Shown here in pieces: positions 1 to 9,352 of a stretch of DNA of 64,000 bases. The stretch spans positions 1,268,606-1,332,605 of the forward strand of contig CAVVHT010000009.1 in assembly GCA_963748235.1 (NCBI GenBank), written 5' to 3'. The notes under the pieces are model-generated. The model ran no database searches and was not told where the DNA came from. It saw only the letters and a list, made by a program, of their open reading frames with translations. The DNA comes from an uncultured Chloroflexia bacterium. Its GTDB lineage: Bacteria > Chloroflexota > Limnocylindria > Limnocylindrales > CSP1-4. The number at the start of each line of letters is the position of its first letter. Position 1 is the stretch's first letter. The position numbers and the translations under genes are program-made.

Positions 1-521
1 AGCTCACGCACGTCGGCGACGTGGGTGTGGCCGCAGGCGATTGTGCGCGCGTCGGTACGCGTCACGCGCTCGACCGTGACCGTCGGGTCGAGATCGGTTG
101 CCAGGCCCGCCGTGTTGCTGCCCGGCGACGCGTGGCAGACCAGGAAGAGCTCCGAGTCGACCATCAGCCGGCGCTCGGACGGCAGCCGGCGAAGCCAGTC
201 GAGCTGCTCATCGGAAAGCTGGTCGTGAGCCCACTCCGCGGCTGCCAGGTGGCCGGCCGGTATCTCCTCGAGGCCCGGGAACGCTGCGCCATAGTCGAAG
301 TCGGCGACAGCAATGTCGGTGTTGCCCTGAATCACGAGCGCTCCGTCTGATTCGAGTGCGCGCGCGCGATCGGCGACCTCGGCCGGCCGTGGTCCGCTGA
401 GCAGCAGGTCGCCGGCGATCGCGATTCGATCGGGCTTATGGCGCTTGATGTCGGCCAGAGCCGCGTCAAGCGCGGCCAGGTTGCCGTGAATGTCGCTCAA
501 CACGGCGACGCGGATTGCCAT
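1..521 (-). CDS. metallophosphoesterase (calcineurin-like, YfcE/MJ0936-type); 3' end runs off the window
   Basis: Absent from the ORF track because it is truncated. Manual minus-strand translation from ATG 521..519 gives MAIRVAVLSDIHGNLAALDAAL..IAIAGDLL..VIQGNTD..IACGHTHVADV, i.e. the DxHG/GD/GNxD/GHTH phosphoesterase motifs. The ATG shares 1 nt with the fabZ stop (TAATG). Confidence 0.75.
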   Translation of the reverse strand, partial: MAIRVAVLSDIHGNLAALDAALADIKRHKPDRIAIAGDLLLSGPRPAEVADRARALESDGALVIQGNTDIAVADFDYGAAFPGLEEIPAGHLAAAEWAHDQLSDEQLDWLRRLPSERRLMVDSELFLVCHASPGSNTAGLATDLDPTVTVERVTRTDARTIACGHTHVADVRE

Positions 522-1009
522 TAACCGAGCACCCCTTCGCCCGGGATGATGAACGAGATCGTCGCCTCGCAGCAGACCTCGCCGTCGACGCTGGCTACGG
601 CCGTGCCACGGCCGAAGCGACGGCCGAGCTTGTCCATGGTCACCTCGAGGCTCAGCCTATCGCCGGGCTGGACGACGCGCTTGAAGCGGCACTCGTCGAT
701 GCCCGCGAAGAGGCCGATGCGATCGCCGAAGCCCTCCTGCTGCGCGACGTAGACGGCCATCGTCTGGGCCAGCGCCTCAACCTGCATCACGCCGGGCATC
801 ACCGGGAGCTCGGGAAAGTGGCCCTGGAAATACCACTCCGTCGCGGTGACCGACTTCTCGCCCCGGATGTACGAACGAGTGGGGTCGTACTCGACGATGC
901 GGTCGACCATCAAGATCGGCCAGCGATGCGGGATGAGCTTCATGATGTCGGCCGCGGTGAGCACGATGCCCTCGCGACGGAGCGGATTGGCCTCGACGGT
1001 GTCGGTCAT
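521..1009 (-). CDS. fabZ: 3-hydroxyacyl-ACP dehydratase FabZ
   Basis: Internal Met of ORF 521..1276: MTDTVEANPL..IPHRWPILMVDRIVEY..YFQGHFPELPVMPGVMQVEALAQ (hot-dog fold, FabZ HxxxxP/GV..E motif). The upstream 89 codons are Ser/Pro/Arg-rich shadow overlapping the accC 3' end. Confidence 0.9.
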   Translation of the reverse strand: MTDTVEANPLRREGIVLTAADIMKLIPHRWPILMVDRIVEYDPTRSYIRGEKSVTATEWYFQGHFPELPVMPGVMQVEALAQTMAVYVAQQEGFGDRIGLFAGIDECRFKRVVQPGDRLSLEVTMDKLGRRFGRGTAVASVDGEVCCEATISFIIPGEGVLG

Positions 1010-1031
1010 TCGGTCCCCTGTGTGGTCGGTT

Positions 1032-2380
<1,349 letters not shown>

Positions 2381-2399
<19 letters not shown>

Positions 2400-2902
2400 C
2401 GGCCACCATCCGTTCCGGCGCGACGCGCGCGATGGGCTGGCCGTATTCGACCGCCTGGCCTGCTCTCGACCTCGAGCGCGTCGAGCGTGCCGTCGATCTT
2501 GGCGACGATTTCCTGGCGCACGCCGAGCACGTCCACGTGACCAATCAGGTCGCCATTGCTGATCGCCGAACCGACGCCCACCCCGTCGCGCGGCGCGAAG
2601 TAGCCGACTGCCGGCGAGGTGACGAGGCCGCGATCGAGGTCCCGCCGCGGGGCGTGACCGTCAGTTGGCGAGTGGCCCGGATGGCTCGCAGCCGGCGCCT
2701 GCTTGTGCCCGGCGGCGGGAGCGGCACCGGCGGCAGGCGCCTCACCATTGTTCGCAATCGGCCGGCGTAGGCGGACGCGCCAGCCCTCCTCGCGCACCTC
2801 GAGCTCACCCAGCTCGCTCCGCGTCAGGCGATCGATCAGTGCGGGCACCACCTCGCCGGCGAGGCGCGCAATGGTGTCGCGATCGATGTTCTCGCCGGTC
2901 AT
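2381..2902 (-). CDS. accB: biotin carboxyl carrier protein-like subunit (atypical: no MKM biotinylation motif; last ~20 codons out of frame)
   Basis: Ala/Pro linker followed by a biotinyl-domain-like SPAVGYFAP..GDLIGHVDVLGVRQEIVAKIDGTLDALEVES. The canonical C-terminus GQAVEYGQPIARVAPERMVADV* is encoded in another frame ending at 2392. Sits between accA and accC. Confidence 0.8.
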
Positions 2903-2905
2903 CGG

Positions 2906-3913
2906 CTAGACATCCTCTCGCAGCGGCGCATCCGCCTCGTCGTCCGCGGCATGAGCAGGCAGCACCTCGCCTCCAACGAGCGAGGCACGGCCACCTTCGA
3001 GCAGCTGGCGGATGCGCTCGACCAGCCCGGGGCGCTCCGGTCGCGGCTCGCCGCTCGGGGTGGCAGTCGCGTACTCGCCCATCCGCCGATAGCGCGCGTA
3101 GCGCGCGTCGACGAGCACCTTCCGGTCGCGTCCGGCGAGCGTGTCGAGGTGCGACGCAAGGCGCACTTTGAGCGTCGCCGCCATCTCCCTCGGATGCTCG
3201 TGAGCGCCGCCGGCCGGTTCGGGCACGACCTCGTCGATGACGCCCAGGGCAAGCTGCTCGGAGGCGGTCAGGCGCATCGCCACGGCCGCCTGCTGGGCGA
3301 ACTCGGGATCGCGCCACAGGATGCTGGCGGCACCCTCGGGACTGATGACCGAGTAGATCGAGTTCTCGAGCGCAAGGACCACGTCGGCAACCGCCAGCGC
3401 GAGCGCGCCGCCCGACCCGCCTTCACCGGTGATGACGGTGACGATCGGCGTGCGCAGCCCGGTCATGATCTGGATCGAGCGAGCGATCGCTTCCGCCACT
3501 CCCCTTTCTTCCGAGGCAGGCCCCGGAAAGGCACCCGGCGTGTCGATGAAAGTGACGACAGGCAGCTGAAGCCGCTCGGCCAGCCGGAACAGGCGGATCG
3601 CCTTGCGGTAGCCCTCGGGATGGGGCATGCCGAAGTTGCGCCGGATGTTCTCCTCGGTCTCGGCACCCTTCTGATGGCCGATAAATACCGCCCGTCGGCC
3701 GTCGATGCGGCACAGCCCGCCGACGATCGCTGGATCGTCACGAAACAGCCGGTCGCCATGCAGCTCGATGACCTCGGTCGCCATCGCCTGGACGAGCTCG
3801 AGCGTGTGGGGCCGCTTGACGTTGCGTGCCTGCTGGACACGCTGCCACACCGCGGCGCGCAGCTCGTCTTCGTTGACGGTCACGGTCGCCGCGGCAGTCG
3901 TCTGCTCAGCCAT
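2906..3913 (-). CDS. accA: acetyl-CoA carboxylase carboxyltransferase alpha subunit
   Basis: ..RPHTLELVQAM..IELHGDRLFRDDPAIVGGL..IGHQKG.. GMPHPEGYRKA..PVVTFIDTPGAFPG, typical AccA. Confidence 0.93.
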   Translation of the reverse strand: MAEQTTAAATVTVNEDELRAAVWQRVQQARNVKRPHTLELVQAMATEVIELHGDRLFRDDPAIVGGLCRIDGRRAVFIGHQKGAETEENIRRNFGMPHPEGYRKAIRLFRLAERLQLPVVTFIDTPGAFPGPASEERGVAEAIARSIQIMTGLRTPIVTVITGEGGSGGALALAVADVVLALENSIYSVISPEGAASILWRDPEFAQQAAVAMRLTASEQLALGVIDEVVPEPAGGAHEHPREMAATLKVRLASHLDTLAGRDRKVLVDARYARYRRMGEYATATPSGEPRPERPGLVERIRQLLEGGRASLVGGEVLPAHAADDEADAPLREDV

Positions 3914-4850
3914 TGGCCGACTCGCGATTCGAGGTCACCGCTTCGCGGGTCACGAAGTTGTCGAGGAAGCCTGGCGAGCGGCCGGCTGGCGAGCTGCCGT
4001 TGCTGGCCGATTTGTCGGCCAGCGGCGCCGCGCGCAGGTAGCGCAGCAGACCGATGATCGTGTCCCGCAGCTTGCCGCGCGGCACGACAAGATCCACGAA
4101 GCCGTGGTCGAACAGGAACTCGGCGCGCTGGAAGCCCTCCGGCAGCTCCTCGGAGATGGTGCCTGCCGCCACGCGCGCTCCGGCAAAGCCGATGAGCGAC
4201 TTGGGCTCGGCGATGTTCACGTCGCCCAGCGCCGCGAAGGACGCGAACACGCCGCCCGTTGTCGGATCGGTCATCAGGCTGACGTACGGCACGCCCGCCT
4301 CGCCCAATCGGCCGAGCGCGGCGACCGTCTTGGCCAGCTGCATCAGCGACAGCGTGCCTTCCTGCATCCGCGCTCCGCCCGAGGCGGAAACGACGATCAG
4401 CGTTAGCCGCTCCTCGAGCGCGTGCTCAGCGGCCCGGGTGACCTTCTCGCCGACGACCGTGCCCATCGAGCCGCCCATGAAAGCGAAGTCCATGACGCAC
4501 AGTGCGACCTTCGTGCCGCCGATCGTGCCCGTTCCCCACACGGCCGCGTCACGGCTGCCGGTCGCCACGCGGGCCGCTTCGAGCCGCTCGGGATACGGCT
4601 TCTGGTCGACGAAGCCGAGCATATCGACCAATTCGAGCCCGGCATCCTCCTCACGGAAGCTGTCCCGATCGAGCAGCAGCGCCAGCCGTGCGTCGACGCG
4701 CAGCCTGAAGTGGTGACCACAGCGCGGGCAGATGCGCTGGTTCTTCTCGAGCTGCTTGTTGTAGAGCATCTCCTCACAGTCGGGACAGCGCGTCCACAGA
4801 TCAGTCGGGTGCGACTCGCGGCGACCGCCGAAGGGCAGCTTGATCGGCAC
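3906..4850 (-). CDS. accD: acetyl-CoA carboxylase carboxyltransferase beta subunit
   Basis: N-terminal Zn ribbon CPDCEEMLYNKQLEKNQRICPRCGHHFR, then GGSMG and GGARMQEG motifs. GTG start at 4850. Confidence 0.93.
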   Translation of the reverse strand: MPIKLPFGGRRESHPTDLWTRCPDCEEMLYNKQLEKNQRICPRCGHHFRLRVDARLALLLDRDSFREEDAGLELVDMLGFVDQKPYPERLEAARVATGSRDAAVWGTGTIGGTKVALCVMDFAFMGGSMGTVVGEKVTRAAEHALEERLTLIVVSASGGARMQEGTLSLMQLAKTVAALGRLGEAGVPYVSLMTDPTTGGVFASFAALGDVNIAEPKSLIGFAGARVAAGTISEELPEGFQRAEFLFDHGFVDLVVPRGKLRDTIIGLLRYLRAAPLADKSASNGSSPAGRSPGFLDNFVTREAVTSNRESANG

Positions 4851-4852
4851 CG

Positions 4853-5206
4853 TCAGCCCCGCCCGAGCTCGGTGCGCGGGCGGCGTAGCCAGGCCAGCAT
4901 TGCCGCGCCGGCGATCGACACGCCGCCCGCGATAGCGCCGCCGAACAGCAGCCGTCGGTCTACCACGACTGCCGTCGCGGGGTCGCCGTGCGCTGCGCGA
5001 AGCTGCTCAGCCAGCCTCTCCTCGAACAGGAACGAGGGATGGACGCGGGGCAGGCCGCGCTCGAGCAGACGAATAACGTGGCGCACGCCGGCAGTCGGCA
5101 TCTGGCTAGCTCGACGCAGCGGTACCGGCTCGCGCGCGTGTCCGGCGAGCAGCGCGTCGATATACGCGTCGCTCTGGATGGCGCTCTCTTCGAGTTCGCG
5201 GAGCAT
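4853..5206 (-). CDS. putative anti-sigma factor (single-pass membrane protein)
   Basis: 117 aa. The ATG overlaps the sigma-factor stop (TGATG). C-terminal hydrophobic helix LLFGGAIAGGVSIAGAAMLAWL. Assignment is by position only. Confidence 0.5.
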   Translation of the reverse strand: MLRELEESAIQSDAYIDALLAGHAREPVPLRRASQMPTAGVRHVIRLLERGLPRVHPSFLFEERLAEQLRAAHGDPATAVVVDRRLLFGGAIAGGVSIAGAAMLAWLRRPRTELGRG

Positions 5207-5865
5207 CAGTTCGCTGCGCGCCTTCGCCCCACCGTGCGTGACGCGCCGGACGCACCCGTCCGGCGAGTGCCTCGGCCACCGGCCTTGCCCAGCTGGGCCG
5301 CGACGGACTGCAGCGAGCGATGGATCAGCACGCGCGTCGCGCCCTCCGTCCGACCGAGCACGAGACCGATCTCGCGCGTGCTCATCTCCTCGACAAAGCG
5401 GAGCACGAGCGCGCGGCGTCGATCATCGGGCAGCTGGTCGATCGCCGACAGGGCCTCGCGAAGCTCCTCGCGCTCGGCGGCGGTTGCCGGGACGTCGTGA
5501 TCGCCGGCCATCTCGGCGGCGAGGTCGAGCGATCCTTCGGGGTGGCGCCTGTTGCGCCGCCGTTCGTTGGAGATGGCGTTGCGCGCAATCTGGAACAACC
5601 ACACCCGGAAGCTGCTGTCCGGCGGCGCTGCCTGCTCACGGAAACGCGGCAGCCCGGCGAGCGCACGCAAAAAGACCTGAGCGGTCAGGTCCTCCGCCGC
5701 GTGGCGGTCGCGAAGCTCGTATAGGGCGAAGCTGTACACCTGGGCAACGTACTTCCGATACAACGCCTCGAAGGCGCGCGGGTCGCGTCGGGCCTCATCC
5801 ACGGCGGAGCGGTCGACGTCGAGATTTACCGGGACCGACCCCCGGTCCCTCCCTCTTCTCAACAC
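5206..5865 (-). CDS. ECF-type RNA polymerase sigma factor
   Basis: Region 2 (AFEALYRKYVAQVYSFALYELRDRHAAEDLTAQVFLRA, VWLFQIARN) and region 4 HTH (LPDDRRRALVLRFVEEMSTREIGLVLGRTEGATRVLIHRS). Start uncertain. Confidence 0.85.
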   Translation of the reverse strand: MLRRGRDRGSVPVNLDVDRSAVDEARRDPRAFEALYRKYVAQVYSFALYELRDRHAAEDLTAQVFLRALAGLPRFREQAAPPDSSFRVWLFQIARNAISNERRRNRRHPEGSLDLAAEMAGDHDVPATAAEREELREALSAIDQLPDDRRRALVLRFVEEMSTREIGLVLGRTEGATRVLIHRSLQSVAAQLGKAGGRGTRRTGASGASRTVGRRRAAN

Positions 5866-5910
5866 CGCGGAAGTCTAGCCGTTACACCTGACGCCCCTAC
5901 CATCGAGCGA

Positions 5911-6861
5911 ATGCGTCACTACCACGGCTTCATGGCCGACAGCGCGCGCTGGCAGCGCTTCCAGCTGCGACCCGATGACGTGATCATCACCACGCCGGCT
6001 AAATGCGGCACAACCTGGACGCAGCAGATCGTAGGGATGCTGCTGCGCGATACCGTCACGCTGCCGCCGATCGGGACGATCTCGCCCTGGCTCGACATGC
6101 TGGTGCGCACCGAAGACGTGGTCTTCGGTCTGCTCGAGGCACAGACAGAGCGACGCTTCATCAAGACGCACACACCCCTCGACGGGCTGCCATTCATACC
6201 GTCGGTGACCTACATCGCCGTGATCCGCCACCCGCTCGATGTGGCGCTCTCCGATCGCGACCACATGGCCAACCTGCTCCGATTGAGAGCGGCCAAATTA
6301 CGCGCAGAGGCAGCCGGCGAGTTTGTGCCCACGATCGAGCGCGAGGCCGCGCCTGAGGACCCGGCCGATTACCTGCGTTGGTTCATCGACAACCACGAGC
6401 AGCCGACGGGCAGCGGTCCCTACGGCCTCGAGGATTACTGCCAGCAGATCCGCACCTACTGGGACGCTCGGGCCGAGCCCAACGTCCATCTCTTTCACTA
6501 CGACGATCTATGGAACGACCTCGACGGTCAGATGAGACGGGTGGCCGACATCCTCGGAGTTCCGGTCGATGAGAAACACTGGCCGGCGTTCCTGTCCGCG
6601 GCGACACTTGACTCGATGCGAGCTCGCGCGTCCCACACGGCCCCCGATGCGGAGCTCGGCCTTTGGCACTCGCCTAACGAGTTCTTCCGCGTCGGCGGTT
6701 CGCGCGACTGGGCGAGTCTCCTGACGCCTGAAGACGTCGCGCACTTCGACGAGCGGCTGCGTGTACTGGCAGGCGATGCGACTGATTGGGTGCTCGGCGG
6801 CCGAGCCGCGCTGGCAGCCGGCCGCGCTTATATTCCGAAGGCCATGTCCCGAACCGACTGA
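5911..6861 (+). CDS. PAPS-dependent sulfotransferase family protein
   Basis: 5'-PSB loop TTPAKCGTTWTQQI, FIKTHTP, 3'-PB-like VIRHPLDVALS. The last 5 codons and stop (MSRTD*) lie in the first unit of the 20-bp repeat array. Confidence 0.85.
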   Translation: MRHYHGFMADSARWQRFQLRPDDVIITTPAKCGTTWTQQIVGMLLRDTVTLPPIGTISPWLDMLVRTEDVVFGLLEAQTERRFIKTHTPLDGLPFIPSVTYIAVIRHPLDVALSDRDHMANLLRLRAAKLRAEAAGEFVPTIEREAAPEDPADYLRWFIDNHEQPTGSGPYGLEDYCQQIRTYWDARAEPNVHLFHYDDLWNDLDGQMRRVADILGVPVDEKHWPAFLSAATLDSMRARASHTAPDAELGLWHSPNEFFRVGGSRDWASLLTPEDVAHFDERLRVLAGDATDWVLGGRAALAAGRAYIPKAMSRTD

Positions 6862-6950
6862 ATATGCTCCGAGCCGACTAAATATGTTGCGAACCGCCTG
6901 AATATGTGCCGAGCCGACTGAATATGTTGCGAGCCGACTGAAACTCGTGC
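6843..6950 (+). repeat. tandem array, ~5 copies of a 20-bp unit (consensus GARCCGACTGAATATGTTGC)
   Basis: Exact 20-nt phasing is visible: 6851 gaaccgactgaatatgctcc / 6871 gagccgactaaatatgttgc / 6891 gaaccgcctgaatatgtgcc / 6911 gagccgactgaatatgttgc / 6931 gagccgactgaaactcgtgc (degenerate). Confidence 0.9.
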
Positions 6951-6981
6951 GGCGTGGCGCGAGTCGCTACTGACTATCCGC

Positions 6982-7542
6982 GTGATGTCGCAGCGAATTC
7001 AGCGTGAAGGCCACGATAAGCCGCTGGTCGTTAAATCAAGCGCGATGAATGAACGTAAGGGCAGAGACATCGATCGGAGCGCCTCCAATCGGCAACAGGC
7101 AGCCGATGCCGCGCCGAACTACTTCCTGGTGCCGCCGTACGGGTGGACGTATCCGGCGACCGGGCGACGCGATTGGGAGCCCGAGCCAGCGCTGCTTGCC
7201 TTCGGGCAGTACATCAAGCGCGGCCGTTACCTTGGGCGGCTTTCGCAGCAGAAGCTGGCCGACGAGGCGACGGTCGACCAGGGCCAGATCTCGCGGCTCG
7301 AGCGGGCTTTAGCGCCGGCGATGAGCATCGAGCGCGTCGTGCGCTTGAGCAGCGTTCTGGGTCGCGCACTGCCGCTCGGCTACTGCCCACACGAGCATTG
7401 GTGCAAGTGGCAACCCGCTCCGGCAGCCCCACCTGAACGGCCGAAGCTGTCGAACGCTGACAAGGCCCGCTATCTGGAACGGCTGCTCAAGTCAGACAAA
7501 GCATCGAGCTCTGATGATGGGTCCGGCCAACCCGGCCAGTGA
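6982..7542 (+). CDS. XRE-family helix-turn-helix transcriptional regulator
   Basis: HTH FGQYIKRGRYLGRLSQQKLADEATVDQGQISRLERA. Locally lower GC. The N-terminal ~60 aa have no recognisable domain, so the start is uncertain (alternative Met at MNERKG). Confidence 0.7.
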   Translation: MMSQRIQREGHDKPLVVKSSAMNERKGRDIDRSASNRQQAADAAPNYFLVPPYGWTYPATGRRDWEPEPALLAFGQYIKRGRYLGRLSQQKLADEATVDQGQISRLERALAPAMSIERVVRLSSVLGRALPLGYCPHEHWCKWQPAPAAPPERPKLSNADKARYLERLLKSDKASSSDDGSGQPGQ

Positions 7543-7547
7543 ACCCC

Positions 7548-7592
7548 CTGTTTAGTCGGTTCGAGACATATTCAGTCGGCTCGGCACATACC
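7548..7592 (-). repeat. ~2.5 copies of the same 20-bp unit in inverted orientation
   Basis: 7548 ctgtttagtcggttc gagacatattcagtcggctc ggcacata. gagacatattcagtcggctc is the reverse complement of the unit seen at 6911-6930 (1-2 mismatches). Confidence 0.8.
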
Positions 7593-7621
7593 CGCAATAG
7601 AGCCCGCAACGCGGCCTGCGC

Positions 7622-8407
7622 CTAGGCGACGCGGCAGCGAATGACCTCACCACTGTCGATCGCCCGATCGTGACCATCGTCGCCCGATAGCAGCAGCGCG
7701 CCGGTCTCTGGATCGATGCCCGTAGCGATGCCACCGATCGTCTCGCCGGGCAGATATATGTCGACATGGCGCGTAGTGGTCACCTGGTTGGTCGACCAGC
7801 CGGCGACGTCGAACTGGCCGCCCTGCAGCGCTTCGTAGCGCGGTTCAAGGCGGGCCAAGAAAGCGTCAAGCAACTGTTCGTTGTCGATTGGCCGCCGCCC
7901 GGCCAGCTCAGTCAGGCTGGTCATGGCCGGGGCGATAGCCCACGGGAAGTCGATCGCTCGCCAGTCGCTGTTGATGCCGATGCCCACCACGGCCAATTCG
8001 ACGCGGTCATCGATCAGAGCCGACTCGCCGAGCACGCCGGCGACCTTGACCAGCCCACCCCGGGCACGCGGACTCTCAGCGACGATGTCGTTCGGCCACT
8101 TGAGCCAGAGCGTGCCGTCCTTGAGGCCGGCCACTTCCTCCGCTGCGTCGCGCATCGCGAGGGAAAGCACAGCTGCCAGCCGCCAGGCGTGTTGGGCAGC
8201 GAGCTGGCGCGGACGGAAGCCGACCGAGAGCAAGAGCGCCTTGTCCTGCGGCGCGAGCCATTCACGTCCCTGCCGCCCGCGACCGGCCGTCTGGTAGCCG
8301 GCGACCGCGACGGCCACTTCGTCCGCGCCAGCGTCGAGCCACTCGCGCACGATCCGCTGGGTCGAGTCGACGGCGCGAAAGCGCTCGAGGCGGGCCGGGA
8401 ACGTCAC
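7622..8407 (-). CDS. birA: biotin--[acetyl-CoA-carboxylase] ligase (group I, no DNA-binding domain)
   Basis: QTAGRGRQGREW (GRGRxGRxW), KWPNDI, GIGIN. GTG start overlaps the thrB stop (GTGA). Confidence 0.9.
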   Translation of the reverse strand: MTFPARLERFRAVDSTQRIVREWLDAGADEVAVAVAGYQTAGRGRQGREWLAPQDKALLLSVGFRPRQLAAQHAWRLAAVLSLAMRDAAEEVAGLKDGTLWLKWPNDIVAESPRARGGLVKVAGVLGESALIDDRVELAVVGIGINSDWRAIDFPWAIAPAMTSLTELAGRRPIDNEQLLDAFLARLEPRYEALQGGQFDVAGWSTNQVTTTRHVDIYLPGETIGGIATGIDPETGALLLSGDDGHDRAIDSGEVIRCRVA

Positions 8408-9348
8408 GCACGCTCCTGGGTGAGCACGCGCGCGCCGTGAGCCGCCGGCCGTGATGTCGCGGCGCGGCCCTCGAGGCCGAGGCGGGCGGCCGTTTCGGCC
8501 ATAGCTTCTCCGACGCGTTGTGCCAGACCGTTGTCACACAGCGCGATTACGGTCGATCCGGCACCGGAAAGTGCGGCGCCCCGGGCACCGGCTGCCATCG
8601 CTGCGGCAATGAGCTCGGGGAGTTGCGTAAAGTAGGCGGCGCGGAATGGCTCGTGCAGCCGATCCTCGGCCATGGCGCTGAGCAGCTCGGGCCGGTCGGC
8701 GGTCAGGGCGGCCACGACGAGCGCGGCACGGCCCACGTTGTGTGCCGCGTCCGCGTGAGTGACGCTGGACGGCAGCGCCGCGCGCATCTCCGCCGTGCGC
8801 AGCGGCACGAGGGGAATGAACAGGGCCGCCTCGATCGAGGCCGGCGGGTCGAAGCGCGCGGCACGTGGCGCGCCATCGGCGTCTCGGCCTACCACGACGA
8901 ACCCGCCCCACAGCGCGGCGGCGACGTTGTCTGGATGCCCGTCGATTTCCGACGCCAGCTGATGAATTCGCTCGCGGCCGAGCTCGCCTCCCACCAGCGC
9001 CTCGGCGGCAAGCAACCCGGCGACCGACGCCGCCGCCGACGAGCCCAGCCCTCGGGCGAGCGGAATCTCGTTGTCCATCTCGATGCGCATCACCGGCGGC
9101 TCGAGGCCGAACTGCTGGAGGCCGTGCTCGAGACCGATCAGGAATCGGTTGCCCGCGTCGAGACCGATCTCATCGGCGCCCTCACCTTCGACGACGAGCT
9201 GCTCGGCGCCGTACTCGAGCGGCGTGACCGTGACGCGCAGGTGCAGCTCGAGGGCGAGCGCCAGCGTGTCGAAGCCGGGACCGAGATTCGCCGAGGACGC
9301 CGGTGCCTCGACGGTCACCGACTCGTAGCGCAGGCTGGGCCTGCTCAA
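8404..9348 (-). CDS. thrB: homoserine kinase
   Basis: VEAPASSANLGPGFD, GLGSSAAASVAG (GHMP kinase motif). The ORF track begins at 9381 inside thrC. I prefer the TTG at 9348, 4 nt after the thrC stop; start uncertain. Confidence 0.85.
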   Translation of the reverse strand: MSRPSLRYESVTVEAPASSANLGPGFDTLALALELHLRVTVTPLEYGAEQLVVEGEGADEIGLDAGNRFLIGLEHGLQQFGLEPPVMRIEMDNEIPLARGLGSSAAASVAGLLAAEALVGGELGRERIHQLASEIDGHPDNVAAALWGGFVVVGRDADGAPRAARFDPPASIEAALFIPLVPLRTAEMRAALPSSVTHADAAHNVGRAALVVAALTADRPELLSAMAEDRLHEPFRAAYFTQLPELIAAAMAAGARGAALSGAGSTVIALCDNGLAQRVGEAMAETAARLGLEGRAATSRPAAHGARVLTQERA

Positions 9349-9352
9349 GCCT

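Noticed and set aside
2951-4057. Long antisense ORFs, for example 2951..4057(+), 4422..5891(+), 8518..9684(+), 13063..14226(-), 17621..19219(+), 19775..21205(+), 31790..33046(-), 37300..38475(+), 47173..48327(+), 57550..58968(+)
   Set aside because: They lie opposite strongly conserved genes, have Arg/Ala/Gly/Pro-rich low-complexity translations and contain no recognisable motifs. These are typical shadow ORFs of high-GC DNA.
6843-6950. Possible CRISPR array (regular 20-bp periodicity)
   Set aside because: The units are directly adjacent with no spacers, the unit is too short, and no cas genes are nearby. It is a simple tandem repeat.
7552-7767. 71-aa minus-strand ORF ending in MSRTD*
   Set aside because: It overlaps the birA 3' end out of frame. 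Its C-terminus is merely the translated inverted repeat unit.
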